From: Trichoplax adhaerens
Lineage: Eukaryota; Animalia; Placozoa
DNA: 64,000 nucleotides
Assembly: GCF_000150275.1 (NCBI RefSeq)
Contig: NW_002060944.1
Coordinates: 7,516,735-7,580,734, forward strand
Direction: 5' to 3'
In this document: positions 38,601 through 53,889 of the stretch, piece after piece
Layout: the number at the start of each line of letters is the position of its first letter
Position numbering within the stretch: position 1 is the first letter of the stretch
The notes under the pieces: model-generated
What the model was told of the DNA's origin: nothing
Databases searched by the model: none
What the model saw: only the letters and a program-made list of their open reading frames with translations
Position numbers and translations under genes: made by a program

Positions 38601-41600
38601 CCTTTCTATCGTATCCCATGGATGGATGTGTATTTCCGAAATAAGTGCAGAAGAGACTATGCAAATATTTTGATATGAATTTTATTTTTCGATCACTTTG
38701 CACAATAAATTTCCACTAAGCTTAATATTTTATCACTCCCACTATCATAGTGAATATGATCACTGTCATACTGCATAAATTTTGTCTGGCTCTGTTGTTG
38801 ATGTATGTTAGGCAAAAGTAACTCGACGGTATTATTACGGATAAATAATTAACATAAAAATTCGATGTGATTGTCATATTGTTTAAAATTGTGCACTAAA
38901 AGAATGCAAATTTGGTAATAGATAGAGACATTCCGTCAAAATAACAAAAAGTCAACAAAAAATCTTCATTGAAGTACCTTCTATTTTTCAGATTGACGTC
39001 ATTATGACAAGAAAGAGTCGTAAAAACTATTAAGAAATTATGAAGAGTGAAGATTAAGAGGTATACCATTTGTAAATGATTTAAAAGGAATTCTAGATGC
39101 TATTGGATATTAAAAAGGTGTAATCTTGGAGAGCATTTTCTTATAATAGATTTTGAAGATCTGATAGGGGCAGTTAGTAATTCCAGTACGAGTTTAGCAA
39201 CATTAGAGTTCCATATTCTATGTAAAAAATTGGAGATGATGCATGAAAACGTATCGATCCGTTTATTTGGTAAAAGAACTGTAGGAAACACTCAGGGCCA
39301 AAGTTAAAGCAAATAACTCTAAACGGATTGACATTATACTCAAAATCGACTTCGCTACATCATTGATATTTAAGAATTTTGGGATGTTTGTCTACGTAGA
39401 TAGCAAAAATGGAAAATTACAAATGGGCTACATGGTCACCAATACTCTCTATATTTACTGTAGTAAGACATTGACAGTGAGCACATTTTGATGCTTTCTC
39501 AACATGTATCATCGAATAGTACTGATAGGACTAAAAGAATAGAAGTAGCTTGTACAATATACACAATATGCCATGAGTATACACTAGGAAAAACATGAGT
39601 TTAATCTTCGTCTTCATAGTATTTGTACAACAGACTCAAATTCTATTGACTTTTTGGAGTCTCTACAGTAGAAGCAACTAAATTAGAAAAACAGAAGGCA
39701 ATTAATACTATCTTATTTACTATTCTGCCAAATTATCATATTACTTGCCATTGGTTGATTTTCAACGCTAAATAGGAAACATAGTGGTCATAATATTTCA
39801 ACTTAACATATATGTCACGAGATAAAAATGAGATCATTAAAGTTTAAAAATAAAAAAAAATATGCATGTTTCGATTGTAAATACAGACGTCATTTTGATC
39901 ATGTCTATTGCAAGTTCGTACTACGTCAGTAATATAATTACGGATAATATTGTAGAAATTGAGCTTATGTGCTACAGTATTGTATCGTGTTATGATTGAT
40001 GTAGAGAATAGATTGTAAATATAACTCAAGTGGTTCATGGAAGAACGAGGTAGTTTTTATTATTTCATTCAACTATAGCCTATAAGAAAATGATCATGAC
40101 TTTGAGTATATTACATTATGTCTGCCTTTCATTTCTGATAAAAATGGAAAATGAAATCATTATCTGCAAATCTTTCATCTATTTGGTAGACTTGTAAATG
40201 ATCGCACATTACATTACACATCTGGATTTTAGTTGTTGGATGATGTTATTCCTCAATTATAAAACAACAATAGATTATCCACATTTACCGTAAAAGATGA
40301 TTACAGTAAATTCCATGCAAGATTGGATTGTCCTGTTGTGTGAGGTATTATCATCTTTTCAGACAACATAATGATTGATGCTTTTTATTCGTATGCTATT
40401 AAATAGAATCACTGAGGTTAACAAAGATCACATTGACCTAGGATACAATTTACCATCTAATTGTGTAGTAACTAAGAATGTTTTATATCTTTTAATTGTC
40501 TATATCGTACAGTGATATTGATAGTAGCGTATATAATATGGATGGTCGTTTTCTAATGATGAATAGATTGATTAGGCATCATAAATGTGAATAGGCATGA
40601 ATCAATATCGATATGCAATATGGCTGTTGATGATATCTAGTTTATAGCTTATTGTTTATTGCATATTAACTATTTTAAATTACTAGAATATCATTTCAAT
40701 CTATAAATGAAGTAGAAACAATTAATCAAAGTAACAACAGCCAGTTGCAACATCGACCATCGACGAATACTTTAACAAGTCGAAGTAAGTACCGCTTATT
40801 TTGGTCTAATTTGTTCACAACTGCGTAGGTGAAGGGTTTAAAATGATGAAAAGAAATACGACATCAATCAATGTAAGTATTAAGCTATTTTCTGCTTAGT
40901 TACAAGTGTAGAATGGACTGTGCTGAGACTCTTAACTCTTAACAGTAGGCAATTATATTGTATCTTACAGTTCCAATTTTTTTCTATCTTTCTATATCAC
41001 CACGTCAGCTGGCTAGCAAAAAAGACAGTTGTATAAATGAGTGGTCAAGGTATTTCATCTCGACATCAGTAAGAATAATATTGCTAAGAATAAAAAAGGT
41101 GAAGGGTTACGTAATGCGAATAGGAATATTTTAACTGATTAGTAACATCCTGTTATAGCTGCAATTATTTCTCGCGGCTTCTATTAAATTGATTTTTGCG
41201 ATCAATTTTCTCTCATTCTACCAATATCTATCAATCGCATATCATTGTAATAACTATGGGGACAAAAGTACTGTCAGGATAAAGAATTATATTTTTTCTC
41301 TTCATAAATTATCCTGTTGAATAATGAATGATGCAGCCGACAGTGCTATTAATCTAATGAACAATAAAATGAGAGATTATAATGAGATGACGTGATATCC
41401 ATTAACTATGATCATTTCTAGTAAATCAGTATGTGGTCTACAATAGTTTATTTGATATAATGTTTGTTTCATTTTATTTGGATATAGGTTTAAGAATTGT
41501 GCTAGGCTTGTTGTTTACAGAAAGAGTATTTCATTACTGCATCATCTGCTCTGAATGGTGTGTGCATTATAAAATAGTTAGAGGAAGTTGGTCTGTATAC

Positions 41601-44600
41601 AGTAATAATGGAGTATAGGGATGAAAAGATCTTCAACAATCGCTCTTTTAGACACATATTGTATATAAATGAATGAATCTTAAAATAAAATTAATGTAAT
41701 AGCATGGGGAAAGACCGCCCTCATTCGAGTCCTGTAGTCTTGAATTTTTAAACATTCTTCATAGGTGTCATGCGCTTTCTCACTATTTTCAATAGCCAAC
41801 TTAAATCATGGATCACTAGTTCTCTACAAATAAATGTTACTTTTTATTTTCTAGTAGTCCATGTCTCGAATAGTTTAAATTTAATTTGGATTTCACTACT
41901 TTATCCGTTACCATGAATAATATTGCAAATTAATAGATTCCAATTGGAAAGTATATTAGCATTCTCATGGCATATGGATATAGATCTTCTTAAATTCTAA
42001 TTGAATACAATAATATAGCATAGGCTGCTCTTTAGAGTGTTTCTGCTAGTTCTTTAACTTTTTAAATACCGTTCATTCATGTATGATAGCACCCTTGATT
42101 TATGGAAAACTAAAGAAAAATCTTATATTTTCTTTTAATGGTCCATAACTTGAATAGTAAGGGTTAAAAGCTTATTTTACCATCTCTATACTTGAATTAT
42201 GAACAACTAGAGAACAATCTTACATTTTGTTTTAGTAGCCCATAATTTGAATGTTCAGTATTAAGATCTTATTCCACCACCTCATCAATTTATCATAGCA
42301 TAAAAAATAGTACAAGTTACAGTAGATGATGTAAATTGGCCTGTATAGAGCAATAATGTACATATTACAGAGTACCGGTAATTCTTCATTCTCAACTTTT
42401 TGTACAAGTAGTTTCTTACATATTGCGAAATATCTATACAGGCTACAGAGATACACTATAAAATGCTGATATTTGATTCCGTTGATCAGATTTTCACTAT
42501 CGTATGTACCTAGGTCTAATTTTAGACTGCTAATTCATGTATTGTTACGCATAATGCTCCGTTGGTGAACTACTGAGGTTAATTTATTATAAGATGTACA
42601 AGTTCAGTTAGAAAGTGTGGCAGATGCAAGCAAATACCGTAGGTCCACTTGGTCATATTGATGATAGATTGTACAGTAAGGATATAGAATGATATTGAAT
42701 AATATTGTTGAATGAGAAATTTAGTAGTTACAGTTCAAATAACGCAGACTGTAGCAATCATATCTGACTAGGCCTTGCCATTAGTAAAATATGTAGGCTA
42801 ACTGACTCAAATTTAGTGCCATAAATGATAGTAAATAGATAGAATGGCAAATTTACAATTGCCTAATAGATTATATATATATATACAGACAGGTAATCCA
42901 GCTCAAGTTTTTAGATTGTTAGGTTCTACTCCTAGCTGATATTCAATTAGTAACCATTATTAAGCTGCGAAAAAATACATTGTACAGTAAAGCTCAATAA
43001 AGGACTTTAAGCATACTGTATTTCTAATAAAGTGAGATATGTCTCATATAATTCACTTAACTTTCGTGATGTAACTTACTATTAAGAAATATAGTATACT
43101 TTCGTCCGTAGTCTATATGTTTCTCACGTACTATAGACCACAAAAGATTTTAATATAATAGATTAGTAGTCATAATGAATACCTAAAAATAGATCAAAAG
43201 TTTAGTATAGTAAATCGTGCATAGTTGTCTTTTGTGGTATATCACTAATAAGTCGTACCATTAAAAAACATTTAATTCATACGTACTATAAGCCATAGAA
43301 ATTACACTGTGCTGTATAAGCTATATCAGTGATAATGCATATTTTGGTTCTATATTTCGGTATACGCCTTCACTAGACTCTGGTATACGCTATCAAGCTG
43401 TGCAATTTGTTGAAATAATCCTATAAGAGTCATTGATATATTTTAGCGTCCATCATCCAAATGCAATCTACAACGAAAATAAATAATCTGTGATGATAAA
43501 TGCAAGTGTTTTGTTACAAATAACATACTGTAATATGATTGATGCCGAAAAGTTAATCGAGAGTAATTCTAGTCAAGGAAATGCATAACAGGGCGACTTT
43601 CAGAATTTGCCTATTTTACGTTTAGGCAATCTATACTGCGTAAACTCACCGCTCAGGACGCAACATGAACGCGTTAATGATATCTATACGTGTTGAAATG
43701 AACTTCATCAGTACAATTCTAAATATGCCTTATGTAAGTTAATTATTTTGTATTCTCAAGACTTAAAATGACGATGCTAATGCTATAGTTTTGAATTTGA
43801 CTTGATCATTGCCACTTATCCAGTATTGACTTGTCTAGGTCTCATCGATGATACCGTCTTGCGCTACAAGTCTAAATTATTTCACTTTAATGTAGCCATG
43901 TCACATTTAGTTATCCATAATAGATTAACTAAGAATGAGCTGAAAGGGCTAATCACTTTGCAACATAAGAATAATAAAATAATCCAATTTAAATTTCATG
44001 TATCCACAGAGGATGAATACATTGTGTCTCGTATTTACAATATATGATGTTCAGACGATAATGATAACTTACTCTTTATGCACTCGGTAATCAATATCAG
44101 AAAATTGAAGGTTTAAAAAAAGCCGTTTAATAATGTTGAAAGTTACTATTTAAAAAAAGGACTGCAATAACTACTCATGCATGAACTCATTCAATTTCAA
44201 TTACTGTACAGATCATGGATGACATTTATATACAATATCTTGCTGATAAACAGGACATTGTGTGCCATTACATCCCTAAGTGAATAGGAGAATCCAATCG
44301 ATACTAAAATCCTATTGACCAGAAATATCTGTCCAGAGCATAGCGGAAATCTTTTCATTGATATTTGTATAAGGCATTTTTTATTGTATCAGAAATCGAT
44401 CATCACCAATTTAAATATAAGAAAGGAAAACATTAAAAATATGCTTTTACTATCACGTGCAACGTTTTCTTGTTTAGTAATATATCAAGACAACATTGGC
44501 AATAAATTTAATAATTTATGTTTCATACGAGGCAGTCGTGTTAGCTTATACCCGTATAATGAATGATATGTATACATATATATATAGATAAATATACTGC

Positions 44601-45936
44601 ACATATATACAGTATATACCTTTTATAAGTTATAATTTTTATATAGTATCAATGAATTATAGTTGTGAACGTTATCAACTCCAATTTTAGATCATTTAAT
44701 ATCGAAGCACTATTAAGCATAAAATTTACCCAAACTACTTCTGTAGTACTTGAAAAATTATAATATATAAAGAGTGATCAATAAAGAAGTGATAATTAAC
44801 AAACACGCTTTCACATGGCAGCATCAGGTCACGGCATCAAGATATACCGTGTTTTTTTTCTATGAAATGCAGTCACAATTACCTTTCGCTAAATTCGTCA
44901 AATTGAATTGGCTCGAGGACAGAAAACTTTATAGTTATTACAATATTTAGCAGTTTAATCAGTTAAATATATTGCACTAGTGAAATATTAATTATTACTA
45001 TTCCTAATTTACATCTTATAATGCGTAATAGTGTGTTATTCAATTAAACAAATTTCGTAATATGCTTATAATGTCATCTTAATTGCACTGCAAGATTACT
45101 ATAAATGTTATAAGCTCTAATTTCATTTCAAGATCATATTCTCAAGATGCATTGATTATTATTTTCAATCATCACTAACTTAAATAACGTTATTAAACAT
45201 CTCTAGTTAATACGTACTTAGATATATACATATGCTGTAAATATATACAGCTATATTATACATAGATACAGTGTTAACCAAAATATACCGTTAGGAAATC
45301 ACTTGAAATTTAAAAAATTGTACATGTTCGTATACTGATGTCAGGCCAAACTTGTTTAGCAAGTGAACACATTGATGTCATTCAGCTTATTATTTAGAAG
45401 ACAAATATACATCGAGAAATTGTGTTAACGGCAGTGTGTTGCATGCGGACGGTTGTAAAAAACTAGTCTATATAAGCAAGATGTACATAAATAATATCGA
45501 CTGATTAGCCATTACACGTCTAAGTTTAATTAACGTCACATTAGGTGTATATTAATTTTCAAAGGCATTGATATAATAAATATCCACGTAAACGTATCAC
45601 AAATAATAGATATCTAGTTCGTAACTGCATTCGTGCAAGTACATAATTGTGGTGTAATATAAAATTTAGATAAATCTTAAACTCATCTTTATCAGGATGA
45701 TATGCATTGTTACTTTAAGCTTTCGTTGTAAATTTATAACGAAAGATACATCGTTAGATGTAATTCATTGATGTTATAAATACAGGTTTTATTCCAGTGA
45801 ATATCAATATAAGATATAAATAATTTTTCTTCCGAGATATTAAGACGGGTAGATTTTATATAAAATTTTATGTACTGTACAAGTATACCTGGCCTTCTAC
45901 GTATTAGCCAAGATTGAGTAAAACTGCACTAAAAAT

Positions 45937-48900
45937 TTAATTTGTATCATTTCTTAACTCCTCAATGTTGTTGTCTGAATCACCATCTACTGCATTTTTT
46001 TGTGCAGAATTACCTTTTAAAGGAGGTAATAACCTAACTGAATCATTATTACCTAAGTTTGCAGTTCCTAGGGAGCGATTTAGACTTCCTTTCAAAGACA
46101 TATCTTCACTAATTTCATTTCCAGACGTTATTTCGAATACAGGGGAAGGAGGTAATAGTTGTACATTAGAAGCGGAAATTTCACTTTTATCTGTTGCTTT
46201 GTTGACAAAGGTATCGCTGTTGCTGCTTTGTGTTTGTACAGTTGCTTCATCTGTAACTGAATCATTATTAGAGCGACTATTATCGATGGTGGATTCATCC
46301 AGTTTCAACTCATGTTGAGGTTTCGGTGCTTCATTAATAATTGTAGAAAATTCTTCAGTTACAGCGGGTTTCATTTGCAAATCGGATGTGGAATCATTTT
46401 TTATAATATTAGCAGCATCATCGGCATTTGCGGCCTGGTTTGCTGCTGAAAATGAAATGCCTAGCACTTGCCCGAGTTGATATAATTTCTTCTGTCTGAC
46501 GATAAGTCGACCTCGTTTTAAACGCTGTCTAGCAACAATACAGTTGATATGGTCAGTGAAAACAAACTTTGCCGTTAACATGGACAAAGTACCGCGACTA
46601 ATAGCAGTTGCAGTTGAGGTTTGCCGTATACTAATTTGAAGAGATTTGTTGTCATCACGTTCGCTGGACACTTCCACGTCCTTTAGTAAAAATAACGACA
46701 CCGACAAAGTTATAGTTTATATTACATTAATATCTTGAACTGAATGAAACTTAAAGCAAAGAATATATAAATCCATCAACAATTTGAAGGATTTATCATT
46801 ATACCTGCAAGTTTCCAACAAAACGAACAATACCCCATCCATATTTCGTTGAATCTGTATCAACCAAGATAAACTGTGTTTCTCTAATAGCTAGAAAGCG
46901 TCGGACCATTCTAAAAATTAAATTTTAAGAAATTTTTAACGTTAATGGTACAAATAATACCAATAAAACAAAATCAATTCAGCTTAGTATTACTTTTCGC
47001 TCGTTATGACATGGCAAGCTATTAAATCGATATTGCCTAGTATTAAAATAAGAAGCAAACGTTATTTGCGCGTTAATACGCAATTATTTCTTGATTTGTT
47101 AGAAAGAAATATTCAAATGATACGCTCACACATAGAAGATACTGTGTGAGGGGATATATTACTAACTTAATTCCAAAACATCTTTAACATTTATTGATCC
47201 AATAATATCAAATAACGATAGATTGTTATTTCTTGTTCCTTCGAACTTGTTAACTAATTTTCTGGTCATTAAGTAGATTCTCATAGCCTTAAGCATATAG
47301 CAGAGTATAAATTAAGATTAAATTCAAGGATCTCATCATTTAATGATAGTTAGCAATGTTATTAGCTTACTCGGCGTGCCCTTTCTATTGAATTACAAGG
47401 TAAACGTTTAGAAAATTCTATAGTGGTAATTGAGGAGCGGCTGTAGGGAAGTAGCAACGATCCGTCCATGATTAGCTTACTAATTCCAATAGGCTTGTTA
47501 TTCTAGTATACGCAATTTATTAAAAACATTGATTATTAAGTATTTAAAACCCTAATAGTACATTTCAAGAGTGTAATATCTTCATACGGCAAACCTTTAA
47601 ACTCCGGTATTCATCCTCAAACATGTCTAAGAATACATCTTCCACCTTTATTTAACGCCATCATATTACAAAAGAGTACTACTGTTAGTTTCGTATGATC
47701 AGTAACCAAGAATGTTTTAAAAATTTAGTTAGAATTCGGAATTACCGTATAAAATACCCTTAGTTGCTCAGCAGAAAGTTCTAGTACCCTCTATGCAATA
47801 ACAACAGATTGAAATGCAATATCAACATAAGCTGCCAACATCCACATTATCGATTTGCTAAACAGTTAATCTAGCAATTAAATACTTATTGAATGTTAAA
47901 ACTAACGTAAAGTGATTGCACATGATTTTCACAAAGCAATCGCGCATTTGAATGAGGATTTATAGATAGGTGTTCCAAAGTTCTAATTAAAACTTCAAAG
48001 GTAACAAGACGGGTATGGCTTTCTGTTTAATGGGATAAAAACCAATATTAAGTGATAGCTTTAAATTGGCATTACAGCTATCGTTACATCTATTATTCAA
48101 GTATAACTTTGTAACCTTGAGAGCAAGACATTTCAGTAATGCTGAATAGTTTTTCAACAAGTTCATAATGATGAGGAGCCTCCTTGCGTATAAAATATTA
48201 GAGAAGATACATTCATATTTTTTCAACAATATGAGCACATAAAATTTATTACCGCTTTAGGCGTTTCTCCTAACGGTAGAAGGTTTTTTAACAAACTTGG
48301 GGATATACCTTGTAGTAGAGATAGAGTATAAACACAATCATTTCAGTATAAAAAGCTCTATTAAATAAAGTAGAATAAATATCTTACCTTTAGTTTCCAA
48401 AATGCCATTTACTAAAATTAATATAAAAAGTATAGCAGTATCTTCATCGCTACTTTCAATATACTTTAGCAATTCTTTCCAGAACAGCGTTGAGCTTCTG
48501 CAAAATTGATAGTTACAGTCAGTATAGCGATTGATACGAGCAAAACGCAGTAGCACAGTTAAAGAGGAAGCGCATATTTAATTGAAGCAATTTAAGGTCG
48601 CATTCAACATTAGTACAGTATAATTGGCGTACCTATTATTTAGTTGTCCCTGCATAACAATCAAAAAATATGAATAAGTATAGAAATATTTAGAACATAG
48701 AAAATGCAAGACTATTTAATTACCTCGACAGTAGATAGATTATCCGTCGCTTCAGTGGCTAATAATAAAAAAAAATTTCGATAAAGATGATGAGCCACTT
48801 TATGCATTTGCAATAGGTTCATAGTTGATAACTTACATTCAGAATTTGCGTCATCGCAAATGTTCGAATTTTTTTCAACAGCTGAATCGATCAACGATCC

Positions 48901-51900
48901 ATTTTCTGTGTTGATCTCGGAAGGCCATCCAGAATCAGCAGTTAAAGTTGACGTAGATTTCAGTGTTGATAAGGAGTTCTCATCCAGTTGGTTGTCAATT
49001 TTCGACATCGCCGATGAGCTTGCATCTGATTGGTTATTAGAATTTTCTTCATCTTGCCGCTGCTCAATTTCTGTTGTTGTGCTAGTGCCAACGTCGGAAA
49101 AGCTACTCTCACTGTCCGAAGAAACACTAAGCTCATCAGAAGAACTTTCTGGAAAAAGAAACTGATCTCCGTCGAAGCTAGTATTGACGGTAGCTGTAGT
49201 AGTCTTGACTTTGAATGCAGATAATGTCTGACTTAAGCCTTGTTGTGGAGGCCCAAAGACGCGGTAACAGCCAAGTAATGATACGCTTCTCTTTTTCATC
49301 TTTGGGAATGTTAAAAGTAATTACTTCGATAGCTGTCAAATGATCAATGAAAAATAACTATATTGTAATAAAATTTTGTACATACTAAGCCTGAAGAAGT
49401 ATTACTGCTAGCATCTGACGATTTATGAGCTTTCGTCATTAGAATAGATTCCTCGCCATACAGTACAATATCGCAAAGGCAAGAGATCAGCGGTCGATAG
49501 GAAATAATATAGAATATCTATAACAAAATATAATCATATATAAGGAATATAATTTTTAGTTAATAACAAAAAATACCAATTATGTTAACTGCAAATATTC
49601 TAGACTGTATCTTGAAGATATATAATAATTGCATAGCTGTAGTATAAAGACATACTTCACTCGAACTGTGATCCATTTTTATGCTTACATGATAATATAC
49701 TGTAGTGTAAGTTAGCCAATAAAAAGAACTATAAAAACAATGTCCAGCATTTACCTGAGAGAGTAAATAAATGGCAATGGCAGGATGAATTCTAGTTTTC
49801 GCGCTCTGGAAGATTAAAATAGTACATTTATTGTGAGTTTTTAAAATTTTGAACTCAACTACAGTTAAATCGACAATCAATTAAACTTGTACAATAAATG
49901 TATAAATAATAAGTTAGATTAAATCTTACTTGGCCGTTGTCGCCATCGTCTCTTGGCATTTCTTGAGTAAGCAAGGAATTAACATACAAGGGAATTATCA
50001 ATCGATTGAGTAGTTGATCTGTTAAGATACTATTTAAGCAGCCGATATTAAGACAATAAATGTCGTTGATATAGTGTAAATGATCCACATGTTCAGCAAC
50101 GAGATCTTTTAATCTTGAACAATTTGATAAACTATATCAAAAATTATGACGCATATATTAGTGCACATATCCTTATAATATTTACTATGGTCCTGAAAAA
50201 GAAAACAGTATCTGATCTAAAGAAAGCAAGAAGGATTTTTGACTAACCTAGATTTAATGCGATAAGTATCAATCTGCAAAGTTACATTTCCAATCGACCA
50301 TGCTAAGCTAGAAAAGTACGGAATAGCGGTTCGATTTCGAATAAATCGTAACATCGGAGGATCAGCAACTGTTAAGTGTAACAAACAAATTGTGTATAGC
50401 ATAAACACATTATAATCAGTAAAATGAAAATAGCTGCAATTCTCTCTATACATGCGTTTGATATATATAAATAACATACAATACAGCATACAGGGTGTAT
50501 CCAGTAAATATACTCGTAAGTGATGTAGTACCTCTGAAAACATTTAAGGTGAGTGTTCTAACGGCCGTACGGACCATACTCTCGCTGTGATCAAAAAACT
50601 TGATTGCTTCGGTGTATAAAGGAAAATTTTGTTGATGCTAACATATGTAATACAAAAAAAGCCAACTTACGTAATGCTCAAATAATACTTCATGAACAGA
50701 TGAAATACTATAGGTGGTGTATACGTATAAAGGGTGATAGAGAAAATGTATGTCATAATATTCTATGTATGAATATGTCGTTTATTGAAGTGGGGTATCA
50801 TATTATTAAAGAGTATATTATTTTCTCAGATTTACGTCTACAGTTGACTATTATTATAATGCATACAAATAGGTAACATTCACACAAGTAACGATGACAT
50901 TAGGTTAAACTAGTTGTTACAATGTAATTTTTAATTGAAATTGCATCCAAGTTATACAGAATACGAGTATAGTAGTATTATTATGAAATATCGATTGTGA
51001 GTACCTCATTGTAGAAGAAATGGATTGTGTCTTGATCCAATTTTAAAGATAGAGTTTTCAGTATAGAAATATAGTACGCTAGTGTCTGAAATATAAGCCG
51101 TTAAACAATTAGTAGTGCCCTTATTAACTGAACCTTCGATGAGAATTCTATACTTGTTTATTTATCCGTTCTACGTACCTCATCATCGGAAAAGTCATAT
51201 TTATAAACAATTACATTATTGATATGGTTATTGGATAGCAAATAATCTGAAAAGATCAACATTAAGTGAAGCAATTAAGACCCACGTAAATAAATTTCTT
51301 TGGGGTAATAATACTCGTCATTAACTATTTCCTGAATCAGTGATGACTGTCATGTAAATAGTACTAAACTGCTAGTTATAATATAGTACCGTATAATTAA
51401 AAGCGAAGGTTGATTTTATAGCATGATATGCAACATCTGCGCACATTGTAAAGATGACATTAAGGCAATATCATTTTCAATGTTCATCATATCAATTAAA
51501 AATTAATGTTTAACTTACATAAAGAATTTCTATTTCGAAGATTTTCCAGCAAGATATTAATTGTTTGCAATAATTGAACTCGTACAATCTGTGATTTTTG
51601 CTCCAAGAATCTTATTAATAGTGACAACATGTTCTTCTCGGCGAATAAGCTATAAAGGCAATCATGGTTATAGACTTATAGATATTGTTTTCATTGACAC
51701 ACACCTGAGTATAATATTTTGAAATATATCGGCAACACCGAACTTATGAAGTGTATTGCAAGACACCCTACTACTAAAAATGAGCATGTCATATTTATCC
51801 TAATCATAAGCATATCAAATAGCTCTAGTTAAAATATTTATAGGTAGTAATGGAATCAGTGGTATACATCCATCCAGTAGTTGCTGTAAATATTTATCGC

Positions 51901-53770
51901 AAAAGGGGGAAGCCATGAAGGCAATAAAAATTTCCCGTATAAATGACTCCACTAAATATGAGTACATGACTATAATTACATCTAAATTAACCAAAGCGAG
52001 AATTGATCGAAGAAAAGTTATTCCTACAATGTAACATCTTACAATTATAATATCTTGATATTTGTTGTGGTTGTAAGATTTTTCTCGTATAGTACAATGA
52101 TCAAACTACTTGCTGTCTATTTTTCGTACATGCCATAATAACACATTGCATTCAATTGAAAAATCTTTACTACTTCCTGCTACAAGGATAATTTTCAAAC
52201 AAGTTAGTTTTACTAGTAGTAAAGTAAAAAGTGACGAAAGGAGTTTTGTGCATTTCAACTAGCATTATAATGCTAGTTGTGAAGTCATTACCCTCCATGC
52301 CTTCTCCTAAACATAGGATATACGAGAAACTTTCTTGCATGTTATATCAACATTGATGTTATTTTGCTCAATCAAACTGGATTCAGTAATTGGATAGAAA
52401 ATGGAAAATCGCAACAATATGGTATTGAATGGAATCAACATTCTACTCTTAATATTATAAATAAATATTACTATCACAAACAGGTTTAAAATGTTATGGT
52501 TAAACTATTTACAATTGCTTTCTTTTACCGATAAGAGTTGCTAAGACATCTTATCTTCCATTGCTCGAATGTTATTTATTGTAGATGATCGTGATAATCT
52601 CAGTATCATGTCCTAAGGACAATACATTATATATCAAGACAGCAGCAAGGGTATTTTATACTGATAAAGTAATGGCAATTATGATTCATGATAGCCAGGC
52701 AAAGTCTCATTCCATGTGATACAATATACAGTAAGTTTAAATTGTATCGAAACGAACGAGTGAATTCAACTATTTCTACTGGTGGTCAAAAAATGTCTTT
52801 TGATGAAAGGGAAAGTCTTATTGATTTTTGACAAGCTGAATGCTGTCCTACTATTTTATCATCATTTGTCTATATACATACAGTATCCATCGTACACGAT
52901 TATGACGCTAGTTGGATGGAATTTTCCATAGACTATTCATTGTATCGTAACAAAATGAACTTACTCAAATATTCTTCCATCGTGTTGATCACCCCAGATA
53001 ATAATTTCTGCCATAGAACGCAAGGATTCAACGATTAATCCTCGATTGCGGTCAGTAACGGTAATGTTTTTCAACAAGACGGTATATAAATGCCTAAAAA
53101 TGAATGTCATGGTCAATTTTTACATCCTTTTGACTGTTTTTTTTATTCATAAATTGAAGGCAAGTCATTGAAGGGTGCTAAATTGTCATGGGTGTAATCC
53201 TATATTGGACTATTTTTGATGGCTAAAGAGGCTTGTCGAACTGGTGGATTACCATTTTCTTTTAACACATGTTTAAGTGGCTCAGCAAGAGTGTCCAATA
53301 CTACAGTATACTGTATAGTTGTACGCATACATACTACTCGTCTAGATCATGCTATGGAGATCAGATTGAAGCAGTGTAACTATGATAGTAGGATAAAGAG
53401 CTGTACGTCTCCAGTTGATCCTATCGAAAAGAACACTTTGATACAATCTTTCTCTACAACGTACTAGAAGGAATAATAATTTCTATTGGAAATCTCAGCC
53501 AAGAATGAAGATAATCGATTCTTGCCGTTCTAATTCACTGGCGTTAACCTTTTACTCGACTGGACAATACCTAAACTACAGCTAAGTAGAGTATAGTGGT
53601 CAAACAAGAGGATGTTGACAAAGGTGTGTAGTGTGCATGGCAGATGTGAATGGCAAAATGTTCTGTCATGCAAAAATAAGCAATGAAATTTACCGCAAAT
53701 GTTCCATAGACATAGGCTTCTTTGGTTTCCATAACGTATCTGGAAGCCAATTTTTACGCTTTTGAAACAT
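45937..53770 (-). CDS. CLEC16A: CLEC16A / Ema / GOP-1 (FPL-domain endolysosomal and autophagy regulator), multi-exon
   Basis: Exon 1 (53694-53770) [26 protein letters not shown]. Exon 2 [38 protein letters not shown]. Further exons give [93 protein letters not shown] and [22 protein letters not shown], followed by a disordered tail. Confidence 0.95.
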
Positions 53771-53889
53771 TTTGTTGAGGAATTATTTTCGCACGCATCA
53801 TTCAAAAGGTTCCAAGCAACAGACAAAACTGACGATAGACTAAGGCGGTGGTAGTATCTGCCAGGACAATATTTGCTCTACGGTGAGTG

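Noticed and set aside
40034-40042. Isolated TTCATGGAA GAS-like site downstream of SOCS
   Set aside because: Single TTCN3GAA sites are expected every few kb; an identical one occurs in a CFAP52 intron.
49385-49392. Possible GC-AG donor in CLEC16A
   Set aside because: A canonical GT donor 5 nt away keeps the frame with the next exon.
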